A DNA stretch of 64,000 nt from positions 43,102 to 107,101 of the forward strand of contig CADCVW010000106.1 in assembly GCA_902806235.1 (NCBI GenBank), given 5' to 3'. Source of the DNA: an uncultured Sphingomonadaceae bacterium. GTDB lineage: Bacteria; Pseudomonadota; Alphaproteobacteria; Sphingomonadales; Sphingomonadaceae. The notes beneath the pieces were generated by a model. The model was not told the origin of the DNA, searched no databases, and worked only from the letters and a program-made list of their open reading frames with translations. Both the position numbers and the translations under genes were made by a program. Shown one piece after another: positions 50,770 to 61,859 of the stretch (positions are counted from its first letter, which is position 1; the number at the start of each line of letters is the position of its first letter).

Positions 50770-52335
50770 ATGAACCTCTACAAGGCGATTGGTGCTATCG
50801 GCGGGCTGACCATGGTCAGCCGTGTGCTCGGCTTCGTGCGCGAGGTGGTGGTCGCGCGCGTGCTGGGCGCCAGCGCCGCGGCCGACGTGTTCACCCTCGC
50901 CTTCCTGATCCCCAACCTGTTCCGACGTTTGTTTGGCGAGGGCGCCTTCTCCTCCGGCTTTGTGCCACTCTTTGCGCAACGGCTGAACGAGGACGCCGAC
51001 GGCGCGGCCGCGCGGCGCTTTGCGGAAGAGGTGCTGGCGGTGTTCCTGCCGCTGCTCGCGGCAGTCACCGCGCTGTTCGTGGTGGCCATGCCGCTTTTGA
51101 TCGCGCTGATCGTGCCGGATGACTGGGGGGTCGGGACCGAGAAGACGGCGTTCGCGGTGGCGATGACACGCGTCACCATGCCCTACCTCGTACTGATCTG
51201 CCTCGTGTCGCTCGTCTCCGGCGTGCTGAACTCCGTGGGCCGCTTCGCCGCCGCGGCCTTCGCGCCGGCCCTGCTCAACGTCGCGCTTGTCGCCGCGCTG
51301 CTGCTTGTGCCGGTCGGCGGAGCGGCCACGGTGAGGGCGATGTGCTGGGCGGTGCTCGCGGGCGGCGTGGCGCAGCTCGTGCTCTGCTGGGCGAGCATGG
51401 TGCGCGCTGGCGTGCCGATAAAGTTGCGCCGGCCGCGGCTCACGCCGGGGGTGCGCGAACTGTTCTTCCTCGTCCTGCCCGCGACTCTCGCAGGTGGCAC
51501 CTACTACATCAGCCAGTTCTTCTACGCTTATTTTGCGACGCGGCTGCCCGACGGCTCGCTCCTGATCCTCGGTCAGGCCGACCGGCTGAATCAGTTGCCC
51601 CTTGCCATCATCGGCTCCGCGCTCGGGGTCGCGATCCTGCCTTCCGTGAGCCGCGCCGTCGGCCGCGGCGACGAGGTGGAGGCGACGGACGTCACGGCGC
51701 GCGCGATCGAGCTCGGCATGCTGCTCACCATCCCCGCCACCGTCGCGCTCGCCGTCGCCGCCGGGCCGATCGCTGGCGCGCTGTTCGAGGGCGGGCGCTT
51801 CACCGCGGCGGACGCGGGGTTGACGGGCGCAGTGCTCGCTACCCTCGTGCTGGGCCTGCCCGCCTACGTCCTCATCAAGGTGCTCACCCCCGGCTTCTAC
51901 GCACGGCGCGATGTGCGGACGCCGGTGGTGGTCGCGGTAGGGACGCTGCTCGCCGGGGTGGCGCTGAACTTCGTCCTCGTGCCGCGGCTGGGCATCGTCG
52001 CCCTGCCGCTCTCCACGGCGCTCGCGGCTTGGACCAATTGCCTGATCCTCGCCGCGCTGCTCCGTGCGCGCGGCCATTTCCGCCTGCCCTCTTGGCTCAC
52101 CTCCCGCCTCCTCCGCCAGCTGCTCGCGGGCGCGGCGATGGGCGCGGCGCTGTGGGCGGTGCGCGAGGCGCTGGAGAGCCGCTTCGTCGGGTCAACGGGC
52201 GAGCGGCTGCTGTCGGTCGGCGCGCTGGTCGCGGTCGGCGCCTTGGTCTATTTCGCGGTCGCCTGGGCGATCGGCGGGGTCAACCGCGACGATCTCCTCG
52301 TCCTGCTCCGCCGCAAGAAGGCCACCGCCGCATGA
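50770..52335 (+). CDS. murJ: lipid II flippase MurJ
   Basis: 521 aa, polytopic. N-terminus ...[18 protein letters not shown]... Confidence 0.93.
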   Translation: MNLYKAIGAIGGLTMVSRVLGFVREVVVARVLGASAAADVFTLAFLIPNLFRRLFGEGAFSSGFVPLFAQRLNEDADGAAARRFAEEVLAVFLPLLAAVTALFVVAMPLLIALIVPDDWGVGTEKTAFAVAMTRVTMPYLVLICLVSLVSGVLNSVGRFAAAAFAPALLNVALVAALLLVPVGGAATVRAMCWAVLAGGVAQLVLCWASMVRAGVPIKLRRPRLTPGVRELFFLVLPATLAGGTYYISQFFYAYFATRLPDGSLLILGQADRLNQLPLAIIGSALGVAILPSVSRAVGRGDEVEATDVTARAIELGMLLTIPATVALAVAAGPIAGALFEGGRFTAADAGLTGAVLATLVLGLPAYVLIKVLTPGFYARRDVRTPVVVAVGTLLAGVALNFVLVPRLGIVALPLSTALAAWTNCLILAALLRARGHFRLPSWLTSRLLRQLLAGAAMGAALWAVREALESRFVGSTGERLLSVGALVAVGALVYFAVAWAIGGVNRDDLLVLLRRKKATAA

Positions 52336-53348
52336 GCGCGCAGCGCATCGTTTCGGGCATCCAGCCAACCGGCGACCTCCACCTCGGCAACTACCTCGGC
52401 GCGATCCGGCGCTGGGTGCGGATGCAGGACGCGCTGCCGCCCGGCGGCTCCGCCTTCTACTTCCTCGCCGACCTGCACGCGATCACTGTCCAAAACGACC
52501 CCGCGAAGCTGCGCGGGGCGGTGCGCGAGATGGCGGCGACGCTGATCGCCGCGGGCATCGACCCTACCCGGAGCACTTTGTTCAACCAGGCGCGCATCCC
52601 TGCCCACGCCGAGCTCGGCTGGCTGCTGAACTGCACTGCGCGCATGGGCTGGCTGAACCGGATGACGCAGTTCAAGGAGAAGTCGGGCAAGGACCGCGAG
52701 GGCGCGTCCGTGGGACTATTCGCCTACCCGGTGCTACAGGCCGCCGACGTGCTGCTCTACCAGGCGACGCACGTGCCGGTGGGCGAGGACCAGAAGCAGC
52801 ACCTGGAGCTCGCGCGCGACATCGCTGCCAAGTTCAACAACGACTTCGGCGAGGAGGTCTTCACCCTGCCCGAACCGCTGGTGAGCGAAGAAGCGCCGCG
52901 CGTCATGTCGCTCCGCGACGGCTCGGCCAAGATGTCAAAGTCGGACCCGTCCGACATGAGCCGGGTGAATCTGACCGACGATCCGGACGCGATCGCGCAG
53001 AAGTTTCGCAAGGCGCGCACCGACGCGCCGCCGCTGCCCGATGACCCGGCGCTGCTCGAGGACCGCCCGGAGGCGCGCAACCTGGTACGCCTCTACGCGG
53101 CGCTGGAGGACGGCTCGGCCAGCGACGTGCTCGCCCGCTTCGCCGGCCAGGGCTTCGGCGTATTCAAGCCAGCGCTCGCCGAACTGACGATCGAAACGCT
53201 GCGACCTATCAGGGCGCGGTTACAGACGCTGCTCGCCGATCCGGGCGAGATCGATCGGCAACTGCGGGACGGGGCGGAGCGCGCCGCGGCGGCGGCGGAA
53301 CCGACGCTGAACCGCGCCTACCAAGTGCTCGGGCTGCACCGCCGCTGA
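52332..53348 (+). CDS. trpS: tryptophan--tRNA ligase
   Basis: HLGNY (HIGH) and KMSKS motifs. The ATG overlaps the murJ stop (ATGA). Confidence 0.95.
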   Translation: MSAQRIVSGIQPTGDLHLGNYLGAIRRWVRMQDALPPGGSAFYFLADLHAITVQNDPAKLRGAVREMAATLIAAGIDPTRSTLFNQARIPAHAELGWLLNCTARMGWLNRMTQFKEKSGKDREGASVGLFAYPVLQAADVLLYQATHVPVGEDQKQHLELARDIAAKFNNDFGEEVFTLPEPLVSEEAPRVMSLRDGSAKMSKSDPSDMSRVNLTDDPDAIAQKFRKARTDAPPLPDDPALLEDRPEARNLVRLYAALEDGSASDVLARFAGQGFGVFKPALAELTIETLRPIRARLQTLLADPGEIDRQLRDGAERAAAAAEPTLNRAYQVLGLHRR

Positions 53349-53437
53349 TCGCGCTTCAGCCACCGTTCACCCTTTGTTGCTTACGGAACGCGACCTGCAG
53401 TCAACGCATTTACAGCGTTCCCGTGAGGATCATGACC

Positions 53438-54157
53438 ATGCCTCGTTTCAAGACCTTGGCCCTAGCGGTCGCGCCCGCTCTGCTCGGCCTGAGCGCCTGC
53501 GCCACGCCCGGCTTCCGCGCCGACGTGTCGCGCTTCCAGCAGCTGCCCGCGCCGCAGGGTCAGACCTTCGTCGTCCAGTCTGCTGACCCGCGCGAGCGCG
53601 GCGGGCTCGAGTTCTCGCGATATGCCGCCCTGGTAGCTGAGAAGCTGACGCAGCAGGGCTACCGCCCGGCGACGAACGCCGGCGGCGCCGACCTCGTCGT
53701 CTTCCTCGAATACGGGGTGGATAACGGACGCGAGGTCGCCGTGCGCCGGCCGGGCGTCGGCGTGTCGCCCTTCGGGTACGGCGGCTTGTACCGGCCCTTC
53801 TACGGCTACGGCGGCGGCCTGTACGGGCGCGGCTTCTACGGCCGGCCGGGCGGATTCTACCGGCCGGGGCGGCTGGGCTTCTACTATGGCTGGGACGACC
53901 CGTTCTGGTACTCGCCGTTCGGCTACGGCTACGACGACGTCCGCGAGGTGACCGTGTACGAGAGCTTCCTCGACATGGACATCAAGACCGCCGACGGCCG
54001 CTCGGTGTTCGAAGGCAAGGCGGAGGCGCGTTCGCGCACCGATGACCTGCCGGAGCTCGTGCCCAACTTGGTCGAGGCGATGTTCAAGGACTTCCCCGGT
54101 CGATCGGGCGAGTCGGTGAAGATCACGGTCCCGCCCGCGCCCAGGCGCGACCGCTAA
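53438..54157 (+). CDS. DUF4136-like lipoprotein with Gly/Tyr/Phe/Arg-rich insert
   Basis: N-terminus MPRFKTLALAVAPALLGLSAC with an LSAC lipobox. GAGGA lies upstream. Alternative starts are at 53423 and 53432. Confidence 0.6.
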   Translation: MPRFKTLALAVAPALLGLSACATPGFRADVSRFQQLPAPQGQTFVVQSADPRERGGLEFSRYAALVAEKLTQQGYRPATNAGGADLVVFLEYGVDNGREVAVRRPGVGVSPFGYGGLYRPFYGYGGGLYGRGFYGRPGGFYRPGRLGFYYGWDDPFWYSPFGYGYDDVREVTVYESFLDMDIKTADGRSVFEGKAEARSRTDDLPELVPNLVEAMFKDFPGRSGESVKITVPPAPRRDR

Positions 54158-54177
54158 GCAACGTCGTTTCGGGAAAG

Positions 54178-54210
54178 GCCGTCGCTCCCGGCCGGGAGCG
54201 GCGGCTTTTC
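54178..54210 (+). terminator. rho-independent terminator (between convergent genes)
   Basis: Stem ggccgtcgctccc / gggagcggcggc (1 mismatch) with loop ggcc, followed by TTTTCT. Confidence 0.5.
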
Positions 54211-54217
54211 TGCGTGC

Positions 54218-55267
54218 TCAGTCGGCGAGCCCGTAACCCCTGATCTCCGCGATGCGGGCGCGGTACGACTCGGCAACGCAAGCCTCGCCGCCGCAGCGGT
54301 CGCGCGCGCGCAGGAAGGCTTCGCGGCTGCGGCGGAGCTCGGCCTTGGTCGCCGGGTCGGCCGCGGCGACCGTGGCGTAGTAGGTGGACGCCATGCGCCG
54401 GTCGAGCGAGGCGAGATCGGGCGAGCCGCACACCATCCGCTCGCCCCGCGTCCGCGCGTAGCGGCAGTTGAAGCTCGGTAGCGCGGACGCCGCGCGCGCC
54501 GGGAGAGCCTCGGGACGGCGGACGGGCGCTTCGGCGCGGCGCGCGGGCGGCTCGGCTGGGAACGTTGGCGCTTGGGCACGGCGGGTCGAGGGGTCGACCG
54601 CCGGGGCCGGACGCGGCGGGGCTGCCGGAGGCGGGGTCGGCGCGGCGGAAGGAACGGGCGCGGGTTCCGGCGCGATCGGCGCCGGCGCAGCCGCGAAGTC
54701 GGCTTCGGCCGTGCGGATCTCCTCGGTGCGCGCGCTCGCGGCCGGTGCCGCGGCGGGCGCTCCCCCGCGCTGCGATAGTTCAAAGGCGGCGAGCCGGTAC
54801 ACGATCGGCTCCGCGCCCGTCATCTGGTAAATCATGCCGCTCTCGTCGGCGGCGGACTGTGCGGCGTACTCGACCTCGGCCGACAAGCGTCGGCGGCCGC
54901 CGAAGGCGCGCTCGGTCCCTGGCGGCAGCTCGAGCACCATACGCCCGCGGCAGGCGGTGACGTTCAGCTCCTCGTCGCGGCTGAGCACGACGGGTTCCTC
55001 CATGCGCAGCACCGCGACGCTCGCCAACCGGTCGAGCAGCGGCGACTGCGCGTTGTGCACCTCGCGCGCTTCCTCGAAGGCGAGGTCCTTGAGGCGCTGA
55101 TAGGTGGTCTCGCTGGCGCAGGCGCGCGCGACGCGCTTGGCGAGCGCCTCCTTGCGCTCGGCGGCTTCCTCCTTCGCCGCGGGCTGGTTGGGCTTCAGCC
55201 AACCGCAGGCCGGGAGCGAGGCAGCGAGGAGCAGCGGCAGGAGCGCACGGTAGCGGGCGGACGACAT
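54218..55267 (-). CDS. lipoprotein with Pro/Ala-rich linker and C-terminal LprI/DUF1311-like Cys-rich domain
   Basis: Signal/lipobox LLAASLPAC. The C-terminus [29 protein letters not shown]...[22 protein letters not shown] matches the DUF1311 pattern. Confidence 0.5.
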   Translation of the reverse strand: MSSARYRALLPLLLAASLPACGWLKPNQPAAKEEAAERKEALAKRVARACASETTYQRLKDLAFEEAREVHNAQSPLLDRLASVAVLRMEEPVVLSRDEELNVTACRGRMVLELPPGTERAFGGRRRLSAEVEYAAQSAADESGMIYQMTGAEPIVYRLAAFELSQRGGAPAAAPAASARTEEIRTAEADFAAAPAPIAPEPAPVPSAAPTPPPAAPPRPAPAVDPSTRRAQAPTFPAEPPARRAEAPVRRPEALPARAASALPSFNCRYARTRGERMVCGSPDLASLDRRMASTYYATVAAADPATKAELRRSREAFLRARDRCGGEACVAESYRARIAEIRGYGLAD

Positions 55268-55309
55268 GGTCCTTCTACGAACGGGCCCGCGCGCCCGTTC
55301 CCGCCCCGC

Positions 55310-56719
55310 TCAGTCCTCCAGCTGCCGGGTGAGCAGCGCGAGGTCGGCGTCGAGCTCCGCGTCGGCGGCGCGCAGCTTCTCGATCGTCTTCACGGCGTGG
55401 ATCACCGTGGTGTGGTCGCGCCCGCCGAACTTGCGGCCGATCTCCGGGAGCGAGCGCGGCGTGAGCTGCTTGGCGAGGTACATCGCCACTTGGCGCGGCC
55501 GCGCCACCTCGCGCGCGCGGCGCGCCGACGTCATTTCCGCCTTGCGGATGCGGTAATGGTCGGAGACCCGGGTCTGGATGTCGTCGATAGAGATCTTGCG
55601 CTGATTGGAGCGCAGCAGGTTTGCCAGCACTTCGCCCGCGAAGTCGACGTCGATGGGCCGATCGCGCATGGTCGCGTATGCGGCAATGCGGTTGAGCGCG
55701 CCTTCGAGCTCGCGGACGTTCGACGAGATCCGCTTGGCGAGGAACAGCACCACGTCGGGCGGCACGTCCACGCCCGGCATCTGCTCCAGCTTGCGCTCGA
55801 TGATGGAAATGCGGAGCTCCAAGTCGGCGGCGTTGACGTCCGCCACCAATCCCCAGGACAGGCGCGACAGGATGCGCGGCTCGATCCCGTCGAGGTCCTG
55901 CGGCGCGCGGTCGGAGGTGATCGCGAGCCGGCGCCCCGCCACGATGATCTCGTTCATCGTGTGGAAGAACTCTTCCTGCGTCGATTCTTTGCCCGCGATG
56001 AACTGGACGTCGTCGACGAGGAGGAGGTCGGCGGCGCGCAGCCGGCGCTTGAAGCCGAGGGTATCGTTTTCCTTCAAGGCGCCGATGAAATCGACCATGA
56101 AGCGTTCGGCCGACATGTAGAGGACGTTGGCCCCCGGCTGCCGCTCCATCAGCGTTTGAGCGAGCGCGTGGAGCAGGTGCGTCTTGCCGCGCCCGGTGGC
56201 GCCGTGGATAAAAAGCGGGTTGAAGGTCAGCCGGTCGGCGGTGGCGAGCGTGCGGGCGGCGTTGAAAGCGACCTCGTTTGCCTTGCCGACGACAAAGGTC
56301 TCGAACCGGTAACGCGGGTCGAAGCCGCTCGGCGCGGGCGCTTCGGCGAGCCCGGGCGCGGCGGGCTCGGCCGGGAACGCGACCGGTTCGGGCATATCGA
56401 ACAAGGGTGGCCGGTCGGCGTCGGCGGCGCCGATCACCACCTCGCGCACGCCCGGCAACACGGACGCCCAGGCGAGCCTAAGCCGGTCGGCGAAGTGCGA
56501 CTGCACCCAATCGGCCATGAACTGCGACGGAAGCGACAGGCGGACGGTGCCCGCCTCCGGATCGAATGACTCGAGCGCGATGGGTTTCAGCCAGCCGTCG
56601 AACAGCCGCGCGCCGTGGTCGCGCTTAAGGCCCGAGCGGATGTGCGCCCAAGCCGCGAGCAGGGGATCGTCGTCCCCGCTGATGGTCCTCGCCGCGACGT
56701 TCAAGCCAGTTCCCCTCAT
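55310..56719 (-). CDS. dnaA: chromosomal replication initiator DnaA
   Basis: Walker [11 protein letters not shown] and a C-terminal DNA-binding helix region (...[14 protein letters not shown]...). Confidence 0.97.
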   Translation of the reverse strand: MRGTGLNVAARTISGDDDPLLAAWAHIRSGLKRDHGARLFDGWLKPIALESFDPEAGTVRLSLPSQFMADWVQSHFADRLRLAWASVLPGVREVVIGAADADRPPLFDMPEPVAFPAEPAAPGLAEAPAPSGFDPRYRFETFVVGKANEVAFNAARTLATADRLTFNPLFIHGATGRGKTHLLHALAQTLMERQPGANVLYMSAERFMVDFIGALKENDTLGFKRRLRAADLLLVDDVQFIAGKESTQEEFFHTMNEIIVAGRRLAITSDRAPQDLDGIEPRILSRLSWGLVADVNAADLELRISIIERKLEQMPGVDVPPDVVLFLAKRISSNVRELEGALNRIAAYATMRDRPIDVDFAGEVLANLLRSNQRKISIDDIQTRVSDHYRIRKAEMTSARRAREVARPRQVAMYLAKQLTPRSLPEIGRKFGGRDHTTVIHAVKTIEKLRAADAELDADLALLTRQLED

Positions 56720-56988
56720 CTGCCCGGTCCGTCCCCGACCGGCGTTCGGCCCCCGCCGTGCTGTTGGGAGGGGGCGAACCCCGATCCGACGAGCATCCTA
56801 GGCAGCGGCTAAAGAACCGTTCAACAGCCCGGCCCGAGTCGCGGCGGAGTCGGGTCCGAAATAAACAGCTTGACGGCGGACTCCCGCGATTCCCGCTTGG
56901 AACAGCGGAAAACGGCCGATTTCTGCACAGTCAAGGCCGGCGTCGCGGGGCGGCGCGAGTCGAGCGAGGCGCGCGGGCAACAGGCATG

Positions 56989-57016
56989 AAAAAACCCGCC
57001 GGCGAGAACCGGCGGG
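56989..57016 (-). terminator. rho-independent terminator of rpsT
   Basis: The minus strand reads cccgccgg-ttctcg-ccggcggg followed by TTTTTTC. Confidence 0.65.
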
Positions 57017-57043
57017 TCCTGAACGCAGACGCTGGCGCGCGAC

Positions 57044-57307
57044 TCAGCCGAGCGCGACGACGCGCTTGTTGAGCCGCGAGAAGCGGCGCGCGGCGGTGTT
57101 CTTGTGCAGCACGCCCTTGGCGACCCCGCGCTGCAGCTCCGGCTGCACTCGGGCGAGCGCAACCTGCGCATCCTCGCGCGAGCCCGACTCGATCGCACTC
57201 TCCACCTGCTTGAGGAAGGTGCGGATGCGGCTCACGCGATCGCGGTTGATGATCGTGCGCTGCGCGTTGCGGCGGATGCGCTTCTTGGCTTGCGGCGTAT
57301 TCGCCAT
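57044..57307 (-). CDS. rpsT: 30S ribosomal protein S20
   Basis: [33 protein letters not shown]... 87 aa. The N-terminus of the track ORF is over-extended. Confidence 0.95.
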   Translation of the reverse strand: MANTPQAKKRIRRNAQRTIINRDRVSRIRTFLKQVESAIESGSREDAQVALARVQPELQRGVAKGVLHKNTAARRFSRLNKRVVALG

Positions 57308-57427
57308 CGTCGACCCTCGAGCAAAAGGTTTAGGGCGCGGAATGCAGAGCATCGCGCCGAACGCGCGGGCTCTACGCGAGCGCCCTTCCCTGGTCAACGC
57401 TCAACCTGGCCGCCGACTCGAGCACGG

Positions 57428-58237
57428 TCACCGCTGGCATCGCCCGCAGTAGAAGGTGGAGCGCCCGCCTTCCACCCGCCGCTTCACCGTCGCCCCGCAG
57501 CCGCAGCGCTCGCCCTCGCGGCCGTACACGCGGAAGCTGTTCGCAAAATAACCGAGGTCGCCGTCCGGGTGCTGGAAATCGCGAAGCGTGGTGCCCCCGG
57601 CGGCGATGCTCTCCTCCAGCACCTTGCGGACAGCGACCACGAGCCGCTCCAACCGCCCTTCGGCGATGCCACCGCCCATGCGGCCGGGGGCGATGCCGGA
57701 ACGGTGGAGCGCCTCGCAAACGTAAATGTTGCCCAGGCCCGCGACGATGCGCTGGTCGAGGAGCAGCGTCTTGATCCCGCCCGTGCGGCCGGCGAGCGCG
57801 CGACGGAGGTGGGCGGCAGTGAGATCGGGACCGAGCGGTTCGGGGCCGAGCGCGGCCAACGGCGCGTAAGTCGGCAGCGCGTCGTCGTCGACCATGTCCA
57901 CCGAGCCGAAGCGGCGGTGGTCGTTGAGGAACAGGCGGCGGCCCTCGTCGGTGCGGAGCATGAAGTGGTCGTGCTTGTCGTCCGCCGCGGGGTCAACGCG
58001 CCACTTGCCCGTCATCCCGAGGTGGAAGACGAGCGTGCCGCGGTCGGTGTGGACGAGGCCGTACTTGGCCCGCCGTCCTAGGCCCGTGACGCGCGCGCCG
58101 GTCAGCCGCTGGCGCAGATCGGGCGGGAACGGGAAGCGCAGCCGCTCGCGGCGGACCTCGACCTCGGCGATCGTGCGGCCTTCGAGCACGGGCCGGAGGC
58201 CGCGCACGGTGGTTTCGACTTCGGGCAGTTCGGGCAA
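57428..58237 (-). CDS. mutM: formamidopyrimidine-DNA glycosylase
   Basis: A TTG start gives (M)PELPEVETTVRGL, with the obligatory N-terminal Pro. C-terminal zinc finger C..C...C..C. Confidence 0.9.
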   Translation of the reverse strand: MPELPEVETTVRGLRPVLEGRTIAEVEVRRERLRFPFPPDLRQRLTGARVTGLGRRAKYGLVHTDRGTLVFHLGMTGKWRVDPAADDKHDHFMLRTDEGRRLFLNDHRRFGSVDMVDDDALPTYAPLAALGPEPLGPDLTAAHLRRALAGRTGGIKTLLLDQRIVAGLGNIYVCEALHRSGIAPGRMGGGIAEGRLERLVVAVRKVLEESIAAGGTTLRDFQHPDGDLGYFANSFRVYGREGERCGCGATVKRRVEGGRSTFYCGRCQR

Positions 58238-58282
58238 GGGCGGCACTCGCAAATGGGCGCGCTCCCCTGCTAGGGGCGGCGC

Positions 58283-59017
58283 ATGGACAAGGTGTCGTTC
58301 GGATATGAGGACGTCGCGCCCGCGGAGAAGACCGCGCGGGTGATGCAGGTCTTCGAGCGCGTTGCGTCGCGCTACGACCTGATGAACGACCTGATGTCCG
58401 GCGGCATGCACCGGCTGTGGAAGGACCGCTTCGTGCGCCTCGTGAACCCGCGGCCGGGCGAGCGGGTGCTCGACATGGCGGGAGGCACGGGCGACGTCGC
58501 GTTCCGGATGCTGCGCGCGGGCGCGCGGGTGACGGTGGCGGACATTAATCCAGCGATGCTTGAGGTCGGCCGCAAGCGCGCGGCGGAGCGGGGGCTGGCG
58601 GACGCGGACCTGCAATGGGCGGAAGAGAACGCGGAGAAGCTGAGCTTCGCCGACGTTAGCTTCGACGCCTACACCATCGCCTTCGGCATCCGGAACGTGA
58701 CGGACGTGCCTGCCGCGCTGCGCGAGGCGCATCGCGTACTGAAGCGCGGCGGGCGATTCTTCTGCTTGGAGTTCTCCACGACGGAGTGGCCGGGCTTCGC
58801 GGAGGCCTACGACGCCTACTCGCACCGCGTGGTGCCCAAGATCGGCGGCGTGGTGGCGGGGGACCGCGACAGCTACCGTTACCTGATCGAGTCCATCCGC
58901 CGCTTCCCCGACATGGCCGGGTTCAGGGCCTTGGTGGCGGAAGCGGGGTTCGCGCAGGCCAAGGTGCGGCCGATCCTGGGCGGTCTGGTGGCAATCCACT
59001 CCGGCTGGAAGATTTGA
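58283..59017 (+). CDS. ubiE: ubiquinone/menaquinone C-methyltransferase UbiE
   Basis: VASRYDLMNDLMSGG and LDMAGGTGD motifs. Confidence 0.9.
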   Translation: MDKVSFGYEDVAPAEKTARVMQVFERVASRYDLMNDLMSGGMHRLWKDRFVRLVNPRPGERVLDMAGGTGDVAFRMLRAGARVTVADINPAMLEVGRKRAAERGLADADLQWAEENAEKLSFADVSFDAYTIAFGIRNVTDVPAALREAHRVLKRGGRFFCLEFSTTEWPGFAEAYDAYSHRVVPKIGGVVAGDRDSYRYLIESIRRFPDMAGFRALVAEAGFAQAKVRPILGGLVAIHSGWKI

Positions 59018-60552
59018 CGAGCGTCGCCACCCACGTCCCGCGGCTGCTCGGCTGGGGGCGCACGCTGGCCCGGCACGGGGCGCTCCTGCCGTTCGAGCGG
59101 GACGCGCGCACCCCCGCATTCGGCCGGCGGCTGTTCCGGCTCGCGCGGGTCGGGCTGCGGCAGCCGGCGAGGCCGGACTTCGCCGGCGCGCTGATGGCGA
59201 TCGGCCCGGCGGCGGTGAAGCTCGGGCAGGCGCTCGGCACGCGGCCGGACCTCGTCGGCGAGGAGGTCGCGAGCGACCTGCGCCGGTTGCAGGACCGGTT
59301 GCCGCCCGCCCCCTTTCCGCTCATCCGCCGCACGATCGAGGAGGAACTGCGCGCGCCGCTCGATCGGCTGTTCGCGCGCTTCGATCCCGAGCCGGTGGGC
59401 GCGGCGTCCATCGCGCAGGTGCATCGGGCGACGACGCCGGAGGGCCGCGAGGTCGCGGTGAAGGTATTGCGGCCGGGGATCGAGCGAACCTTCGCGCAGG
59501 CGATCGAGACTTACGAGTGGGGCGCGGCGCACCTCGAGGGGTTCGGGCCGGAGGCGGCGCGGCTGCGGCCCCGCCACGTCATCGCCAATTTCAAGGTCTG
59601 GACAGGGCGTGAACTCGACTTGCGGCGGGAAGCGTCCTCCGCGTCCGAACTGGCGGACGGGAGCGCGGCGGGCGAGGACTTCGTGGTGCCCGGGATCGAC
59701 TGGGACCGCACCGCACGGCGCGTACTCTGCACCGACTGGGTGGACGGGATCAAGCTCACCGACCGCGCCGCGGTGCTGGCGGCGGGGCACGACCCGCGCG
59801 CGCTGGCGACCGTGCTGGTGCGGAGCTTTCTACGGATGGCGGTGGTCGACGGCTATTTCCACGCGGACCTGCACCAAGGGAACCTGTTCGCGTTGTCGGG
59901 CGACCGCCTCGCCGCCGTGGACTTCGGCATCATGGGACGGATCAACCGGCAGGCGCGGCTGTGGCTGGCGGAAATCCTGTACGGGCTGATCAGCGGCGAT
60001 TATCGCCGGGTGGCGGAGATCCACTTCGAAGCGCAGTATGTGCCGTCCCACCACAGCCCGGAGGAGTTCGCCACCGCGCTGCGCAGCGTTGGCGAGCCCA
60101 TCCGCGGGCTGCCGGTCGGCGAGATCAGCGTCGGCCATATGCTCGAAGGGCTCTTCGCGATCACGCGCGACTTCGAGATGCCGGTGCAGCCGCACTTGCT
60201 GCTGCTGCAGAAGACAATGGTGATGATGGAGGGCGTCGCGACCTCGCTCGATCCGGCGGTCAATATGTGGGAGGTGGCCGAACCGCTGCTGCGCGGCTGG
60301 CTGCGCGACGAGCTGGGGCCGGAGGCGAAGATCGCGAACGCGCTGCGGCGCGACCTCGGCACCTTGGCGCGCTTGCCCGAGCTCATCCGGCGCGTGGAGA
60401 AGCGTTACCTGCCGCCGTCTGGCGCCGCCCCCGTCGGGCCGCCGCTGCCGGTGGTTGCGACGGTCAAGCTGCCGCGCGTCGCGACCTACGCGGCGGCGCT
60501 CGCGATCGGCGCGGCGGCTGGGGCGGGCTCAATGGCGGCGTTCGGCGGATGA
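59014..60552 (+). CDS. ubiB: ubiquinone biosynthesis regulatory kinase-like protein UbiB
   Basis: ABC1/UbiB motifs (...GPAAVKLGQALGTRPDL..., ...AASIAQVH..., ...HADLHQGN...). The TTG start overlaps the ubiE stop (TTGA). Confidence 0.88.
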   Translation: MTSVATHVPRLLGWGRTLARHGALLPFERDARTPAFGRRLFRLARVGLRQPARPDFAGALMAIGPAAVKLGQALGTRPDLVGEEVASDLRRLQDRLPPAPFPLIRRTIEEELRAPLDRLFARFDPEPVGAASIAQVHRATTPEGREVAVKVLRPGIERTFAQAIETYEWGAAHLEGFGPEAARLRPRHVIANFKVWTGRELDLRREASSASELADGSAAGEDFVVPGIDWDRTARRVLCTDWVDGIKLTDRAAVLAAGHDPRALATVLVRSFLRMAVVDGYFHADLHQGNLFALSGDRLAAVDFGIMGRINRQARLWLAEILYGLISGDYRRVAEIHFEAQYVPSHHSPEEFATALRSVGEPIRGLPVGEISVGHMLEGLFAITRDFEMPVQPHLLLLQKTMVMMEGVATSLDPAVNMWEVAEPLLRGWLRDELGPEAKIANALRRDLGTLARLPELIRRVEKRYLPPSGAAPVGPPLPVVATVKLPRVATYAAALAIGAAAGAGSMAAFGG

Positions 60553-61859
60553 GGGGCAAGCGCGTCCTCCTGATCGTCGGCGGGGGCATCGCCGCCTACA
60601 AATCTTGCGAGCTGATCCGCGAGTTGCGGCGGAACGGCTGCGCCGTGCGCTGCGTGCTGACGGCGGGGGGGGCGCAGTTCGTAACGCCCATGCTGCTCGC
60701 GGCGCTCAGCGAGCACCCCGTCCACACCAGCCTCTGGGACCTGAAGGACGAGGCGGAGATGGGGCACATCCAGCTCAGCCGCGAGGCGGACCTGCTGGTC
60801 GTCTGCCCGGCTTCGGCCGACCTGCTGGCGCGCATGGCGACGGGCAAGGCGGACGATCTGGCCGCCACCGTGCTGCTGGCGACGGACAAGCCGGTGCTCG
60901 CCGTTCCTGCGATGAACGTGCGCATGTGGCTGCATCCGGCGACGAAGCGCAACGTGGCGCAGCTGCGCGCGGACGGGGTGGAGGTGCTGGAGCCCGACGA
61001 GGGGCCGATGGCTTGCGGCGAGTTCGGGCCGGGGCGGCTGCCGGAGATGGAGCGGATCGTGGCGGCGGTGCGGGACCGGCTGGGGCGGTCACAGTTCCAG
61101 GCCCAGAACACCGTTCGGGCTGAGCCTGTCGAAGCCCTCCCTTCTTCCGGCGATGGAAAAGACGGGAGCCCTTCGACAAGCTCAGGGCGAACGGGGGTGA
61201 GTGGGACGGGTGATAATTCGCTCGCCGGCCGCCACGTCCTCGTCACCGCCGGCCCCACCCACGAGCCGATCGACCCGGTTCGCTACATCGCCAACCGGTC
61301 GTCGGGGAAGCAGGGCTTTGCAATTGCCGGGGCACTCGCCGCACTCGGCGCGCGGGTGACGCTGGTGGCGGGGCCGGTAGCGTTGCCGACGCCGCCCGGC
61401 GAGGTGCGGCGGGTGGACGTGGAGACGGCGCGGGAGATGGCGGCGGCGGTGGACGCCGCCTTGCCGGCGGACGCGGCGGTGCTGGTGGCGGCGGTGGCCG
61501 ACTGGCGGGCGGAAGCGTCAGCGGCGAAGATCAAGAAGCGGGCGGGCGGGCCGCCGCCGGCGCTGAGCCTGACGGAGAACCCGGACATCCTGGCCGGCCT
61601 CGCCGGCTCGCCCGACCGTCCCCGCCTGCTGGTCGGCTTCGCGGCGGAAACGGAGGAGGTAATCGAGCATGCCGTGGCCAAGCGGGCGCGGAAGGGGTGC
61701 GACTGGATCATCGCCAACGACGTGTCGGGAAACGTGATGGGGGGCGACGCGAACCGGCCGCATCTGGTCACGGCGGGAGGCGTCGAGAGTTGGGACGAGC
61801 TGCCGAAGGCCGAGGTCGCGGCGCGACTGGCGCGGAGGATCGCCGATGCGCTCTCCTGA
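60549..61859 (+). CDS. coaBC: bifunctional phosphopantothenoylcysteine decarboxylase / synthetase
   Basis: CoaC N-domain ([12 protein letters not shown]...PAMN..MW) and CoaB C-domain ([25 protein letters not shown]). The ATG overlaps the ubiB stop. The linker carries repeat copy D. Confidence 0.93.
   Translation: MRGKRVLLIVGGGIAAYKSCELIRELRRNGCAVRCVLTAGGAQFVTPMLLAALSEHPVHTSLWDLKDEAEMGHIQLSREADLLVVCPASADLLARMATGKADDLAATVLLATDKPVLAVPAMNVRMWLHPATKRNVAQLRADGVEVLEPDEGPMACGEFGPGRLPEMERIVAAVRDRLGRSQFQAQNTVRAEPVEALPSSGDGKDGSPSTSSGRTGVSGTGDNSLAGRHVLVTAGPTHEPIDPVRYIANRSSGKQGFAIAGALAALGARVTLVAGPVALPTPPGEVRRVDVETAREMAAAVDAALPADAAVLVAAVADWRAEASAAKIKKRAGGPPPALSLTENPDILAGLAGSPDRPRLLVGFAAETEEVIEHAVAKRARKGCDWIIANDVSGNVMGGDANRPHLVTAGGVESWDELPKAEVAARLARRIADALS
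61111..61194. repeat. palindromic REP/MITE-like element, copy D, inside the coaBC reading frame
   Basis: Arms ccgttcgggctgagcctgtcgaagccc and gcccttcgacaagctcagggcgaacgg. 84 nt (28 codons). It is translated as ...[28 protein letters not shown]... Confidence 0.8.

Noticed and set aside
56720-57043. The dnaA-rpsT intergenic region as a candidate oriC.
   Set aside because: I found only one weak DnaA-box-like 9-mer (TTCTGCACA at 56921-56929, 7/9 to TTATCCACA). There is no cluster of boxes and no AT-rich unwinding element. It is more likely just the dnaA promoter/autoregulation region. In alphaproteobacteria the origin is usually elsewhere.
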